This document shows, in pieces, positions 1 through 10,993 of a stretch of DNA of 64,000 bases. Where the stretch lies: NCBI GenBank assembly GCA_937625935.1, contig OW569365.1, positions 186,001 through 250,000 on the forward strand, read 5' to 3'. The position numbers and the translations under genes were made by a program. Position 1 is the first letter of the stretch. Each line of letters opens with the position of its first letter. The stretch comes from Tetramitus jugosus. Lineage: Eukaryota; Protista; Heterolobosea. The notes below the pieces were generated by a model. The model searched no databases, had not been told where the DNA came from, and saw only the letters and a program-made list of their open reading frames with translations.

Positions 1-775
1 AATCAACACTACACGAGAAGAGTGTTAACATACTTCCATATCTGAGAGAAGAAAACTCATGTCATACCCTTTGCCATATTTGTTATTTTGCACAATCTCA
101 GGTGCTAGATACTCAACTGTGCCACAAAAGGTATGAGTTCCGTCATGTTCGATACTCTTTGCTATTCCAAAGTCCACGAGCTTCAGATGTCCATCACCTG
201 ACAGTAATAAATTTTCTGGTTTCTGTGATACCAATGTTCGTCAACAAGTCATCCTAAATACAAGTAGGAAATGAATAGGAAGTACGTACTAAATCTCTAT
301 GTACAATATTGTTTTCGTGAATATAAATGATCGCTTCGAGTAATTCTGCCATGTAAAATCGAATCACTTCTGTCGTTTCCTTCTTCTTTCGCCTTACTCG
401 AACAAACAATTCACCTCCACTAATCAGCTCCGTAATAAAATATAACCTCTTATCATCAGCAAAAGTAAAGTATAATCGTAGCACATTGTCGTGATTCAAC
501 TTCAATAGGATATCTCTTTCTGTCTTCACATATTTTGTCTTTGTTTCCAAGGTTCAGTTAGTGCATGGGTCAGCTAATTCAAGAGATTCTGATATCTCTC
601 TTACCTGATTTTTCTTGATCAAGTTCTCTTTTTGTAAAATTTTAGCAGCATACTGAATGTCTGTGGTTTTGTGCTTGCACAATCTCACTTGACCAAAAGC
701 TCCTTCGCCTAATACTTGCCCAAATTCGAATTGATCTTTCGTGATACCAGTGATATTCGCTCCCGTTCCCTCCAT
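1..775 (-). CDS. AGC-family (PDK1-like) Ser/Thr kinase, multi-exon, runs off the window start
   Basis: Spliced pieces give [55 protein letters not shown]; short GT-AG introns; ATG at 775. Confidence 0.85.
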
Positions 776-992
776 GAACCAAAAATCAGCTACTCTTATT
801 TGTTGCAGATCCAATGTCGTACTGCTGATAAAACGTAAATCTAGATAGTCCGACAGATAGTCGTAGTTTTATGGCCTTTCCCTCCAAAAAAAACGTTACA
901 TTTTGTATGAGAGACATTGTTTTTTTCAATTGGCTGATCATGCTTGAACGAAGATCCCATAAGTGTAACTTGAATCTATCATAGCCAAAGAT

Positions 993-3464
993 ATGCCTGA
1001 AGAGAAAATTCCCAAAAAGGTAGGAAATCAGGTCGTTCTCTCTGATGAAGATCAAGACGAACCCACTCAAGAAGACATTCAAGAGTATGCAAAGTGGCTA
1101 GGGTTGAATCCAGAGAAAGATACAGATTTACTATGGATAGCACTGGAGGGAATTAGGGCTCCACTTCCAGATGGATGGAAACCCATTCAATCTGAGAACG
1201 GTGAACTATACTTTTTCAACTTTAGTACAGGAGAGAGCAGGTGGGACCACCCTCTGGATCAATTTTATAAAGATCTCGCACAAAAAGAACTCGAACAAAA
1301 GAGTCAAAGAAAGGAAAAGAAATCTAGTTCGAAGCTAAGGACCTCTGTCAAGATTGAGAAGAGAAGAAAGAAGTTCTCTCTCGGTGATGCTGAAAGAGGG
1401 AGAAGTAACTCTAAACTACAGCCTTTGCTGTCCTCGAGTATCAAGGAAAAGTCAACAAAGAGTGATGATGAGACCAATAGAGGAACAATGTTGTTAAAGA
1501 ACTTGGATCTGAACAGTTCTGATACTGCACTTCTCTCGAAGACTATATCTCGGGCAAAATCTTCAGCTCATATGTTTCCTAGTAGTGAAGAAGAGACAAC
1601 AAGTGTTTCTAGTGGACATCCCGATAGTGATTTCGAGGATAGCGGAAGAAGCAATCCTCTCGCAAAGCAGAGAGTTTCGGATGAAGATATGGAAAGAGAG
1701 ATTACGAGGAAAGAAAACGAATCTTTACGAATAGAGGTCGAAGAATTGAAGTCGAAATTGATTTTACTTAGCAAAGAAAAGAGTGATGTGGAAGAACAAC
1801 TAGAGGACAGCACGAAGAAAAATGAGATATTACAAAAAGAAAACAGAGAAATCCAAGAAGAATACAAAATCCTGTTGAACCGCCAAGTACAAGAGCAAAC
1901 AGATTACGAGAATGAGTTGCAGAATCTCAATAAGACAAAACTAGGTGTTCAAAAAGAAATTACATCCTTGGAGTTGGAGAAGCGCTCAATTGAAAACTCA
2001 ATAGACATCATGAAGGAAGAAAAGGAACTGTTAGATAGTCAATTCAAAATTTTGGAAAGAAGATCTTCGATCCTGGAAAAAGAGGTTGAAATTAAAGAGA
2101 ACGAGGTGGGTGTGGTTGAATCAATTTTGAAGGGGAAACAAGAAAGTCTGAAGGTGGTGGAAGAAAAGATAAACGAACATGAAGAGAGAATAAGAGTACT
2201 ACAATTGCAAGAATCAGAAATAAGCCAAAAATTGAGCTTGTTCCAGAAGGAACTTCAAAACAAACAACAATCTTCAGAAGACATGATGCAAGCCAACTTT
2301 AGACTATCTTCTCAACTGTCAAGTCAAATTAAACAATTAAGGCAAGAAAAGAATGAAATACGATCCATGGTAGAAGGAGTTTCTGAGTTGATCATTTCTG
2401 AAATGGGCTCTACTGTAGATCTAATCAATTCTCAATGTACAATGCACCTTAGCGAACAAAAAATCAACCATAAGATTGAAGTCGCGAATCTAACAAAGCA
2501 GTTTAATCAGGAAACAGAGCAATTTGAAAAGAGAGTCGCCGAACTGGAGCTCTTGAATAGTAGACTTACGGAGGTGGTGAAAAAGGTTGAAACTAACAAT
2601 CAATCAAAACCTTCAGTATCAGCATTGAATGAAAATCCAATGTCTCATGTTTGGCGAAAGAGCTGCTTAGATAGTATCCAAACAGAATACAGGAGTTTAG
2701 AAAAAGCAAGGATGTTCATAAAACAAGAGAAGAATAGGATCAAACAACAACAAGAATCATTGCAAAAGGCTAGATCTGAGTGGAAACATGACATGAGCAA
2801 TCTGAATCAAAACAAAGAAAACATTGGATCAAACGTGGATCTTACTGCAATGCTCGGTTCTAACAAGATTGCAAAACATATCGATGTTACAGCTCCGAAA
2901 ATGGTCGTTATTCTGAAGGAAGTAAAGAAAATATTGGAAGAGCAGGCTGTTCGACTCAACCTCGAAGTCAGTCAACTTAATCGCATTCAACAATTCGTTA
3001 AATTGAGGGAAGAAAAACTCAAGTTGTTGAAACAAACTGTTGAGAATTACTCGCCCAGTGAAGATACAATGCGTACCAACATAGACTCCTTTATCGAGAA
3101 TTCTTTTGAGAATGATCAATACTTGTCATTTGACAATGTCTCTCCCCATCTAATCGAGAAATTAAGAAACATAGAGAGTGAAATCAAAGTAATTCATGAC
3201 AAAATTGAGAGGGAATCATCTGACATCAAACCAAAGGATGAACCCCACAAGCGCCATTCATCCTTCTCTCAAAAATGGGACGATATCTTATCCATGTACA
3301 ATAACAATGCGAACCAAATTGTTCTGAGGAAGAACAAATTGACAGGATTCAAAGATAGAATCTCGCAGTGGGAATTAGATCGAGGAATTGAATGTCGAGT
3401 ACTGAACAACCATATCCAATGGATGAAAAAACTATATGATGAAATGGGCAAGCAACCGTATTAA
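993..3464 (+). CDS. CEP164: CEP164-like centriolar protein (N-terminal WW domain plus long coiled coil)
   Basis: EYAKWLGL..DLLWIALEGIRAPLPDGWKP..YFFNFSTGESRWDHPLD matches the CEP164 N-terminal/WW signature. Confidence 0.8.
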   Translation: MPEEKIPKKVGNQVVLSDEDQDEPTQEDIQEYAKWLGLNPEKDTDLLWIALEGIRAPLPDGWKPIQSENGELYFFNFSTGESRWDHPLDQFYKDLAQKELEQKSQRKEKKSSSKLRTSVKIEKRRKKFSLGDAERGRSNSKLQPLLSSSIKEKSTKSDDETNRGTMLLKNLDLNSSDTALLSKTISRAKSSAHMFPSSEEETTSVSSGHPDSDFEDSGRSNPLAKQRVSDEDMEREITRKENESLRIEVEELKSKLILLSKEKSDVEEQLEDSTKKNEILQKENREIQEEYKILLNRQVQEQTDYENELQNLNKTKLGVQKEITSLELEKRSIENSIDIMKEEKELLDSQFKILERRSSILEKEVEIKENEVGVVESILKGKQESLKVVEEKINEHEERIRVLQLQESEISQKLSLFQKELQNKQQSSEDMMQANFRLSSQLSSQIKQLRQEKNEIRSMVEGVSELIISEMGSTVDLINSQCTMHLSEQKINHKIEVANLTKQFNQETEQFEKRVAELELLNSRLTEVVKKVETNNQSKPSVSALNENPMSHVWRKSCLDSIQTEYRSLEKARMFIKQEKNRIKQQQESLQKARSEWKHDMSNLNQNKENIGSNVDLTAMLGSNKIAKHIDVTAPKMVVILKEVKKILEEQAVRLNLEVSQLNRIQQFVKLREEKLKLLKQTVENYSPSEDTMRTNIDSFIENSFENDQYLSFDNVSPHLIEKLRNIESEIKVIHDKIERESSDIKPKDEPHKRHSSFSQKWDDILSMYNNNANQIVLRKNKLTGFKDRISQWELDRGIECRVLNNHIQWMKKLYDEMGKQPY

Positions 3465-3465
3465 A

Positions 3466-4533
3466 TTATTCAATAATCATTGGGGAAGAGATTGCTTGTT
3501 GTTCCATATCATCCAATACAATATTTCCTAATTTTCCATCTCGAAACATCTTTAGAACATGAAGACTTCCTTTCTTCAAATCAGGTTCACCTTGAGGTCC
3601 AATGGCTCGTATATGCGAACAAACATTTCCCAAAAACAGTGTAATATCATCAGTTGGCTCTGTCATCTTAAATATACGAACATAATCAAAATTCTGCTTC
3701 CGATTCATCTCATACAGCAGAAAATCAACCAACATCTCTGGTCCAACCGAAAGCAATTCATCTGGCAATGCATTGATTAGAGCCAATCGAAATGCGTGTT
3801 CATGTGTCTCCAAATTGGGGAACAAAACACCAGGAGTGTCCATTAGTAAACATTTAGGATTCGTCGAGACAACAAACGAGTTCACATCTCTTGTCACACC
3901 AGGCGTCGCGCCGGCCTTTGCAGTTTTCGTCAACCCAGAACGCACTGCACTGTGCGTAAAGTCCAAGCTCGCACCCTGTGCAGACCTTCCCTGTGTATCA
4001 AAATTATGGACCTTATTCTTCAGTCTTAGTGCATTAATAATGCTGGACTTGCCAACGTTTGGAATTCCTGCAATCATAAACATGAACGGAATGGTCTTAA
4101 ACTTTTTTTCGACTGGATATTTCCGCAGAGCCTCCTTGATAATGAACCGAATGTTCGTTCCTTGCTTTGCACTGGTAAACATGGTGGCCAACTTTGGTGC
4201 TTGCCCAGTGGATTGCCTCTCGTGCAAACAACGCCGGATTTGCTCTTGTTGTTTTGCACTGCACAAATCAGCCTTGTTGAGAATGAGAAGTCGCGGTTTA
4301 TTGCGCTTCTGCACTTCTTCATCAAACACGGAATTGACACTCGTGAAGGGCAAACGACAATCTCTCACTTCAATCACATAGTCAACCAGCTTCAACTTTT
4401 CACACATGATACGAGTGGCCTTGACCATGTGACCCGGGTACCAATTGATTCTCTGGACATTTGGAAACTCAAATTGAGATCGAAACACTTGTTTTGTCTT
4501 TGTTGCTGCTGTTCGGCTGATCATATGATGCAA
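3466..4533 (-). CDS. MTG1: Circularly permuted ribosome-biogenesis GTPase, RbgA/MTG1 family (probably mitochondrial)
   Basis: INWYPGHM, EVRDCRLP, NKADL, GIPNVGKSS, PGVTR, DTPG motifs; N-terminal transit-like extension. Confidence 0.88.
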   Translation of the reverse strand: MHHMISRTAATKTKQVFRSQFEFPNVQRINWYPGHMVKATRIMCEKLKLVDYVIEVRDCRLPFTSVNSVFDEEVQKRNKPRLLILNKADLCSAKQQEQIRRCLHERQSTGQAPKLATMFTSAKQGTNIRFIIKEALRKYPVEKKFKTIPFMFMIAGIPNVGKSSIINALRLKNKVHNFDTQGRSAQGASLDFTHSAVRSGLTKTAKAGATPGVTRDVNSFVVSTNPKCLLMDTPGVLFPNLETHEHAFRLALINALPDELLSVGPEMLVDFLLYEMNRKQNFDYVRIFKMTEPTDDITLFLGNVCSHIRAIGPQGEPDLKKGSLHVLKMFRDGKLGNIVLDDMEQQAISSPMIIE

Positions 4534-4643
4534 TTGTTTTTGTTTGAAAGTGTTGACTGGGAAAATGCTGTTTGATGATTGGCGACTTGAACATGCAAAA
4601 GAAAGTGAAAAGAGTTCAGCTGTCCTTCTGAGAAAAAAAGCGT

Positions 4644-6816
4644 TTATCGACGGTCAGTCTTACCGTTTGTTCTCTTACCGGTAACCAAATGCTTTGGTCG
4701 CACATCATAGACAGCTCTATCAGCCTCGCCTCTTCTGGCTTCTTGTTGCAATGGCCGCAACTTCTTGTGACCGAGCTTAATGGCCTTAATCTGAGTCTTC
4801 ACATCCTTGATACCAGACAGCTTATCTGTGGCAGATTGCGTACGTTCTCTGGACTTCAAGTTGGACAAGCTTCTCTTTCTCTTTCCTAGAATAGAATCAG
4901 TCTTGACAGAGGTTTGTTCTTGGACGACTCTTCTCTCAGACAATGATCTGTTTCTTTCGTGGTGTGTTGGATTATTCGTGGATAGAGATTGGGATCTGTC
5001 CAATCTGGCCTTGGATGAACTGCGATCGGTTCGGCTAGTCACGGATCGAGATCTTGCCTTGTCCAAAACTTCTTCAGAGATACCTCTGTCCTTGAGCTCA
5101 TCTGTCAATGCATTCAAGTCTATTGGTCTGTTCTTTGTTGAGAGTCTTGGTTTCGATGATTTCTTTAGGTTGTGCATTTGCTTGTAAATGGCTTGCTTGT
5201 CTCTAATCTTTGCATCCAACCTTTCTTCTTCGGCAGTCACAGTCAAGTCAGTGGCACCAAAGTCAATCGATGCAATCTTCATTCTCTCTTCTTCCTCCTT
5301 CTCCAGTGCGTCCAGTCTCTGCAGAATATCAGCGTCAACAAAGTCGGCAATATTCTTACCGTCCATAAACTCTGGAACTACATCGTACTTCCAGTCTTCA
5401 TTCTTTAGCATGTATCGCTTCTTGTAGTCAGAGCTGTAGACACCGGCACCACCATTCATTGCCTCCAAATCCTTCTCCAAGAGTCTCTTTGGTCTCTCTT
5501 CATCATCCTCCATTGCGTCTTCTCCATTCTTCCTTCTCTCCAATTCTTCAATGACGGATTGAGGGATGGCAGCTGGTCTTTGCTTGTCATCACGCTTCTC
5601 TGGTTGAGCCAAATGAATTCTGCTCAAGATATTCTCAACACTCTTTCCAGTCTTTTGCATCTTTGTTTCTACTCTGTGTTCCAACAGTTTATCACAGGCA
5701 GCTTGCTTCACTTCCATGACACCCTCATCAGTAATGTTACTGATGGCCAATAGCTCATGAGACTCGGATGCCATCGTGTTCAACAACTCCTTCTGCTCCT
5801 CGTTCAAATCACTGTACTTGACCAAGTCACTCTTGGTCATGACAACAATCAATGGCTTTCCAGCAAACAATGGCTTAATGTGCTTAAAGAGATCGACTTG
5901 TTCCTTGATTGAGTAACCACAGTGTTCACTGATATCAATCAAAAAGAGAATACAGGCACGCAAATGAGCCAATGCCGTAATGGATTGCATTTCAATCGTG
6001 TTTCTGTCCTCCAATGGATGATCCAAAATACCAGGAGAATCAATAATTTGCCAATTCAGATACTTGTACTCAGTGTGACCCACAAACAGTGACTTTGTGG
6101 TGAAGGCATAAGGTTGAACATCAACATTAGCTCTCGTCACCTTGTTCATGAAACTGGACTTACCAACGTTTGGAAAACCAGTAAGGATAATGGAACGGGT
6201 GGCAGGGTCAATGCTAGGCAGACGAGCCATGTGTTGTCTGACTTGTTCAAGGTACTTGAATGAACCGTCTTGTCTCCTGAGCAATGTACACATTCTACCG
6301 AGTGCAGCTCTCTTGAGTTGCTTGAGTCTAAACTGTGAATCACCATACTTCATCAAACGAACGTAATCTCTACCAATACCATCAATTAAACTCTTTGCAG
6401 TGTTCAATTGACCTAGAGCAAGCTTATAATGGTCCTTATCGTATAAAACGTTCATCAAATCTGCATAAAATGGATGAATGTCCTGTGTGCAGCAGTAAAT
6501 TTCATTTTGGGCGGCAAAAAAAGCAGCACAAACAAAAATGGGTGGTTAGCTCTCTGCGAACAACAAAAAAAGAGAATGGATATCATGTGAAACATACCTC
6601 AAGTCTAGGGAACTCTTCCAAAATTTGAGACAATTTTTCATGGATGGTAGTTTGGCAGTACTTGACTTTTCTCATGTAAAAACGACGAATTCTGTGAATA
6701 GCATATTGAGGATGGACGACTGTTGGTGTTTTACGTTGTGTTCTTGACAAGACAATGTCAACCAAGTCTTTTCCGTTCGGGACAACGGCAATCTTTTTGA
6801 AATTGTAAACAACCAT
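4644..6816 (-). CDS. NOG1: Nucleolar GTP-binding protein 1; 2 exons, intron 6483-6597
   Basis: [23 protein letters not shown]; GFPNVGKSS; YAFTTKSL; C-terminal GKTDRR; GT-AG intron joins FPRLE to DIHPFYADL. Confidence 0.95.
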
Positions 6817-7195
6817 TTGTGTGTTCTAGTGTTCTTCTTTTAATGTGTGTTTTTGTTTGTTATTTGCCTGTGGCAGAAAGGAGAACAGAGTGTGAAAAGT
6901 TTTTGGCGAGAAAGTTTGGTTGTTTTTTGAGTTGTTGCTTGAAAATGGCGAAGCGCACACAAATTCAAGACACAGCAAGAAGCATGCAACATAATCATGG
7001 ACACAGCAATCGGTGAAATCTTGTGTGCAACAATTTGTTGAACGCTCAATGTTGTAAAAGGAACCGAAATTGAAACCTCAAATTAATGAGCGGATAAAAT
7101 TGATCAATTTACCGATCCCAAAAACAATTCCGCAAGTCAACAAAAAGACATCAGAAAGACAACTTACGCATTCGACGGCTACTAACACCACGACA

Positions 7196-8512
7196 ATGCT
7201 ATCTCAGACTGGAAAGAAACTATCTGTTCAAATGGTGAAGCGATCTCATCTGCCATCACTTTCACACTGTGCTTCTTTGAACAGAAACTCAATATTTTCA
7301 CTCAAGATCAATCATCACTTGTTGTCATCACCAATGATACCTCAATTCACTACCGCCACCAATAACAATAATTATCGATTTTTTCACTCGATCTCTCATC
7401 TGAAGCAAGATCAAACCACCGAAAAAATCGAAGAAACCCCGACTGTAGAATCACCTTTAATTGTCCGACTTACCCGCCAAAACTACCAACAAGAGCTTTC
7501 GAACAGTAAACAGGTGCTTGTGATTGATTTCTATGCGGATTGGTGCGCACCATGCCAAAGCTTCACACCCATTCTCGAAAAGGTCGTCAAGGAAAGAAAT
7601 GGCTTCTTTAAGCTATTAAAGGTGAACTCTGACGAAGAGATGGAGATTGCTTCAGCATTCAAGGTATCTGCTCTTCCAACCATGTTCATTGTCTGGCAAT
7701 CCAAAGCTATTACTCAAAAAATTGAAGGTGGAATATCAGAAGAAGAGCTCAACCAGTTGTTTGACAGTGTAGAGAGAGAATTGTCGAACCAACAACAACA
7801 ACAACAAGAAGACTCATCAGAGTCACAGTCAGAGGAGAGCTTGGATCAAAAAGAACAACAAGCAAAGACACCAGAGCAAAAGTTGGAGATTTCAAAACAG
7901 TTGATTTCAATGGGTCACATGCCAAAAGCAATGTCACTCCTCTCCAGGATATTGACTGATGATGTTCCTACAATGGACGCTGCCACAAAGGAAAAGATTG
8001 TGCCCAATGTCTATTCTCTATTCTCCATGTGTTATCTGATGGATGGAGACTTTGAACAGTCTGGTGAAATGATTGAGAAGATCAAGAAGGACTATCCAGC
8101 AGCAGCAGAGAACACTCCAGAAGTGAAGAGCTCCATTTCCTTGCATGAAATTTATGAAGCAGCTGGCATAGAGATGATGCATCTGGCATCGACACTGAGA
8201 GAGCACATTGAAGTGGCAAGACAAGAGGGTAGAGAATTTGATTTCAATCAAATACCATTGGTGGCTGATCTGAAGGCACGCATTGAAAAAGATCCAAAGG
8301 ATTATGAGGCCTACTTTAATTTGTCACTCTTCTTGTTCCTTGGTGGTAACACAAAGGCTGCAGTCGATCAAGCAATGGCACTCGCTCGCAAGAATATCAA
8401 GTGGAACAACATGGCTACAAAGAGACTCATTCTAAACTATGCAAACATTACAACAGACAAGAAGGAATCGGATGCCATTCGAAGAAAACTGGCTTCCTTC
8501 CTTTATGTGTAA
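7196..8512 (+). CDS. Thioredoxin-TPR chaperedoxin (CnoX/YbbN-like) with predicted mitochondrial presequence
   Basis: IDFYADWCAPC thioredoxin motif, TPR-like helices, C-terminal RRKLASFLY like CnoX; Ser/Arg/His-rich N-terminus lacking acidic residues. Confidence 0.75.
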   Translation: MLSQTGKKLSVQMVKRSHLPSLSHCASLNRNSIFSLKINHHLLSSPMIPQFTTATNNNNYRFFHSISHLKQDQTTEKIEETPTVESPLIVRLTRQNYQQELSNSKQVLVIDFYADWCAPCQSFTPILEKVVKERNGFFKLLKVNSDEEMEIASAFKVSALPTMFIVWQSKAITQKIEGGISEEELNQLFDSVERELSNQQQQQQEDSSESQSEESLDQKEQQAKTPEQKLEISKQLISMGHMPKAMSLLSRILTDDVPTMDAATKEKIVPNVYSLFSMCYLMDGDFEQSGEMIEKIKKDYPAAAENTPEVKSSISLHEIYEAAGIEMMHLASTLREHIEVARQEGREFDFNQIPLVADLKARIEKDPKDYEAYFNLSLFLFLGGNTKAAVDQAMALARKNIKWNNMATKRLILNYANITTDKKESDAIRRKLASFLYV

Positions 8513-8607
8513 AGATATTCTTCTTCTGCATAAACAAAACTCCGTCAAAATTCACACAAAGCAAACGCCAAAAAACAAGCCGAATTAAACCAGCCTCTCG
8601 AGATCAA

Positions 8608-8820
8608 ATGGGAAATCAAGCAACAAAGGACAAGACAGAAGAAGATCCTTGTCACAAATTGGCCTGCAAGATTCAGAGTTGCTTGCAGAACAGCAATTAC
8701 AACATGGAAGCCTGCAAATTTGAACAACAGCAGTACAATGACTGCATCAAGGAAACAACGGCCAAGGCTTGGCAACAGGAACAAGAGAAGAAGCAACAGC
8801 AGCAACAGAAATCCAAGTGA
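8608..8820 (+). CDS. CMC4: Twin Cx9C mitochondrial intermembrane-space protein, CMC4/MTCP1-like
   Basis: DPCHKLACKIQSCLQNSNYNMEAC..C pattern; ATG at 8608. Confidence 0.75.
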   Translation: MGNQATKDKTEEDPCHKLACKIQSCLQNSNYNMEACKFEQQQYNDCIKETTAKAWQQEQEKKQQQQQKSK

Positions 8821-8910
8821 TGAGGAGTTTATTTGCAAGTGAAATTTTTTCAAGCACAGATTATTGCTCAGATCAAGTTTCAACAAGGCCTTCAAATGTT
8901 GTGGTCTGTC

Positions 8911-10815
8911 TTATTCGCTCAATGAAATGTATCTGTCATCGCTATGGGATCCAGTTTCATTCTTTGTTGCATTCACAATAAATGGCAGCTGGAACAGTTT
9001 TTTCAACTCTGGTTCATTGATGTACGACCTGCTCACATCCAAAATTTCAAGGAGTTTGAATTGTTCCATTGCGCTCTCCTTCTTCAATACTTGCAAAATG
9101 GCTTTGACACCGGTTGAGGAGAGTGCACCATTTGAAATATCAATGATACGAACTCTTCTTGCGATTGCAGATTTGAAAATCATTGCACAGATGGTATCAA
9201 TCTTCTGATAGTTTCTCAATCCCAGATACTCCAATCGAGGGAACTTGCCATTCTCCTTTCGAGTAAGCAAGAGACTCTGAATGGAACTGGAAGGAATATT
9301 CAGACCATAATCCGAAGTTCCCAACCAGATCTCCAGATGAGCCAAGTTTGGATAACAACCAGCCATGAGCCCTTTGAAAACAGAGTGATCCAAACCACCA
9401 GTGACAAAAGTCAATGAAACCAAGTTGTGGCTCATGATTGGTGAAAGTTTTAGCTCCATCATGCCCTTTGAGGTCAGGTACAATATGTTCGGAAGATCAC
9501 GCAAGACAGGTGTGATGTCTCCGACTCGAATCCATGAGACTTCTGCTTCCTGTTGTTCGATATCGGCCACAGATAAAGCTCTCAAGTGGTTCAATTCCTT
9601 TGCATGTTCACTCAACCAAGATATCAAGTCGACAAAGGTTTCACTGTCCATAAGATCGGATGGATCCTCCCATACTCCCAATGCGAGTTCCTGATACTTT
9701 TCCTTGTTTTTCAAAAAGTCTTCTTGCTGACATTTGAATGTCTTTTCTTCATCGCAACTGTCTTCCTCTGAGAGTTTAATTCTTGGCAGTTTCTTTTTTT
9801 GGTATTGAAGAAGCAAGTATCTTCTCTTGCACAAGTCCATGATACTTGGCTCATTGAAGTCGTTGACGGTTGGAACAATATCTGCAATTTCTTGCTTCTT
9901 GTCTCCCTCACCGCCTTCCTCATCTTTGTTCTCGTTTTCTTCTTCCTCCGCTTCTTCATCTTCTGGCTCTTCTTCCTCCGGCTCTTCCTCACCCTCCTCT
10001 GCTTCCTCCTCGGGTTCATCTTCTGGTTCATCTTTGTCCTCCATTGCATCTTCTTCCTCCTCTGGTTCATCAACAACCTTCTCTCCCGATAGAGCAACTA
10101 CTTGTGCCTTCTTCATCTTCTCAATAAGAGAGTTCAACTTGTCGTGAGTCATCATCAATCTCTCCTTCTTCGCTTTCAGTTGCTTACCCAGTGCAATCCA
10201 ACTGTTCGCTTCAAACACTTGAGAATCAGTCATGTGATGCAACGTATCAAATAGATTGAGCCATGGTCGAACATACATGTCCTTTGCATCAGAAAAGTAC
10301 TGATAGACATACGGTACATAACCTTCCATGGTCAACTGTTCCTTCAATGCTTTCAATTTTTGTGCCTTTTCCTCCTTTTGCTTCTTCTTCTCTTCGCTGC
10401 CCTCTTCCTCGTCATTCTCATCGTCGTCATTCTCGTTGCCACCGTCATCTTCTTCCTCACCTTTCAATTGTAGTCGTTTCATGAGAATGGAGTCCAATGA
10501 CTCTTCATCAGATGACTTCTTCTGATGACTACTACTACCATCAGTATCATTCAAGTACTCTGCAGATAGGGATCTGTTGAGATCAAACTCTTGTTGGATC
10601 AAATGATTCAATTGAGAGATCCAAAAGTGATCATTCTCCCTGTCCATCAACAAATGATTCCACTTTTTACAAGAGAGGGCCACGCGAGACAACAGAGTGC
10701 CAATGTCCAGGAAGGAGAAGACTTGAATGAGCACATCTTCCATTAAGATATGATGGTTGTCGTTGGTGCTAGTGGGACTCAGTTTTATTCTCTTGCTGCT
10801 TGGCTCTTCAGACAT
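8911..10815 (-). CDS. F-box protein with acidic linker and C-terminal STM4015-like leucine-rich-repeat domain
   Basis: F-box LMEDVLIQVFSFLD..VALSCKKW; C-terminal LRALSVADIEQQEAEVSWI, TGGL, PNLAHLEIWLG, FPRLEYLGLRN, RYISLSE. Confidence 0.7.
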   Translation of the reverse strand: MSEEPSSKRIKLSPTSTNDNHHILMEDVLIQVFSFLDIGTLLSRVALSCKKWNHLLMDRENDHFWISQLNHLIQQEFDLNRSLSAEYLNDTDGSSSHQKKSSDEESLDSILMKRLQLKGEEEDDGGNENDDDENDEEEGSEEKKKQKEEKAQKLKALKEQLTMEGYVPYVYQYFSDAKDMYVRPWLNLFDTLHHMTDSQVFEANSWIALGKQLKAKKERLMMTHDKLNSLIEKMKKAQVVALSGEKVVDEPEEEEDAMEDKDEPEDEPEEEAEEGEEEPEEEEPEDEEAEEEENENKDEEGGEGDKKQEIADIVPTVNDFNEPSIMDLCKRRYLLLQYQKKKLPRIKLSEEDSCDEEKTFKCQQEDFLKNKEKYQELALGVWEDPSDLMDSETFVDLISWLSEHAKELNHLRALSVADIEQQEAEVSWIRVGDITPVLRDLPNILYLTSKGMMELKLSPIMSHNLVSLTFVTGGLDHSVFKGLMAGCYPNLAHLEIWLGTSDYGLNIPSSSIQSLLLTRKENGKFPRLEYLGLRNYQKIDTICAMIFKSAIARRVRIIDISNGALSSTGVKAILQVLKKESAMEQFKLLEILDVSRSYINEPELKKLFQLPFIVNATKNETGSHSDDRYISLSE

Positions 10816-10993
10816 GATGGAACAACTTCTTTTTGCTTTTTGTTATTGAGAAAAAAGTTTCCGATCCCTGAGGGAAAAAGGTATGTGCCACATATTCCAG
10901 TTTTTGCTCGTGTTCAGTGACTTTGCGAACTACCGCATAGGGTGAAAGTGGCACATTACAAGAAAACGGTCTCACATATGGAGTTTTTATTAT

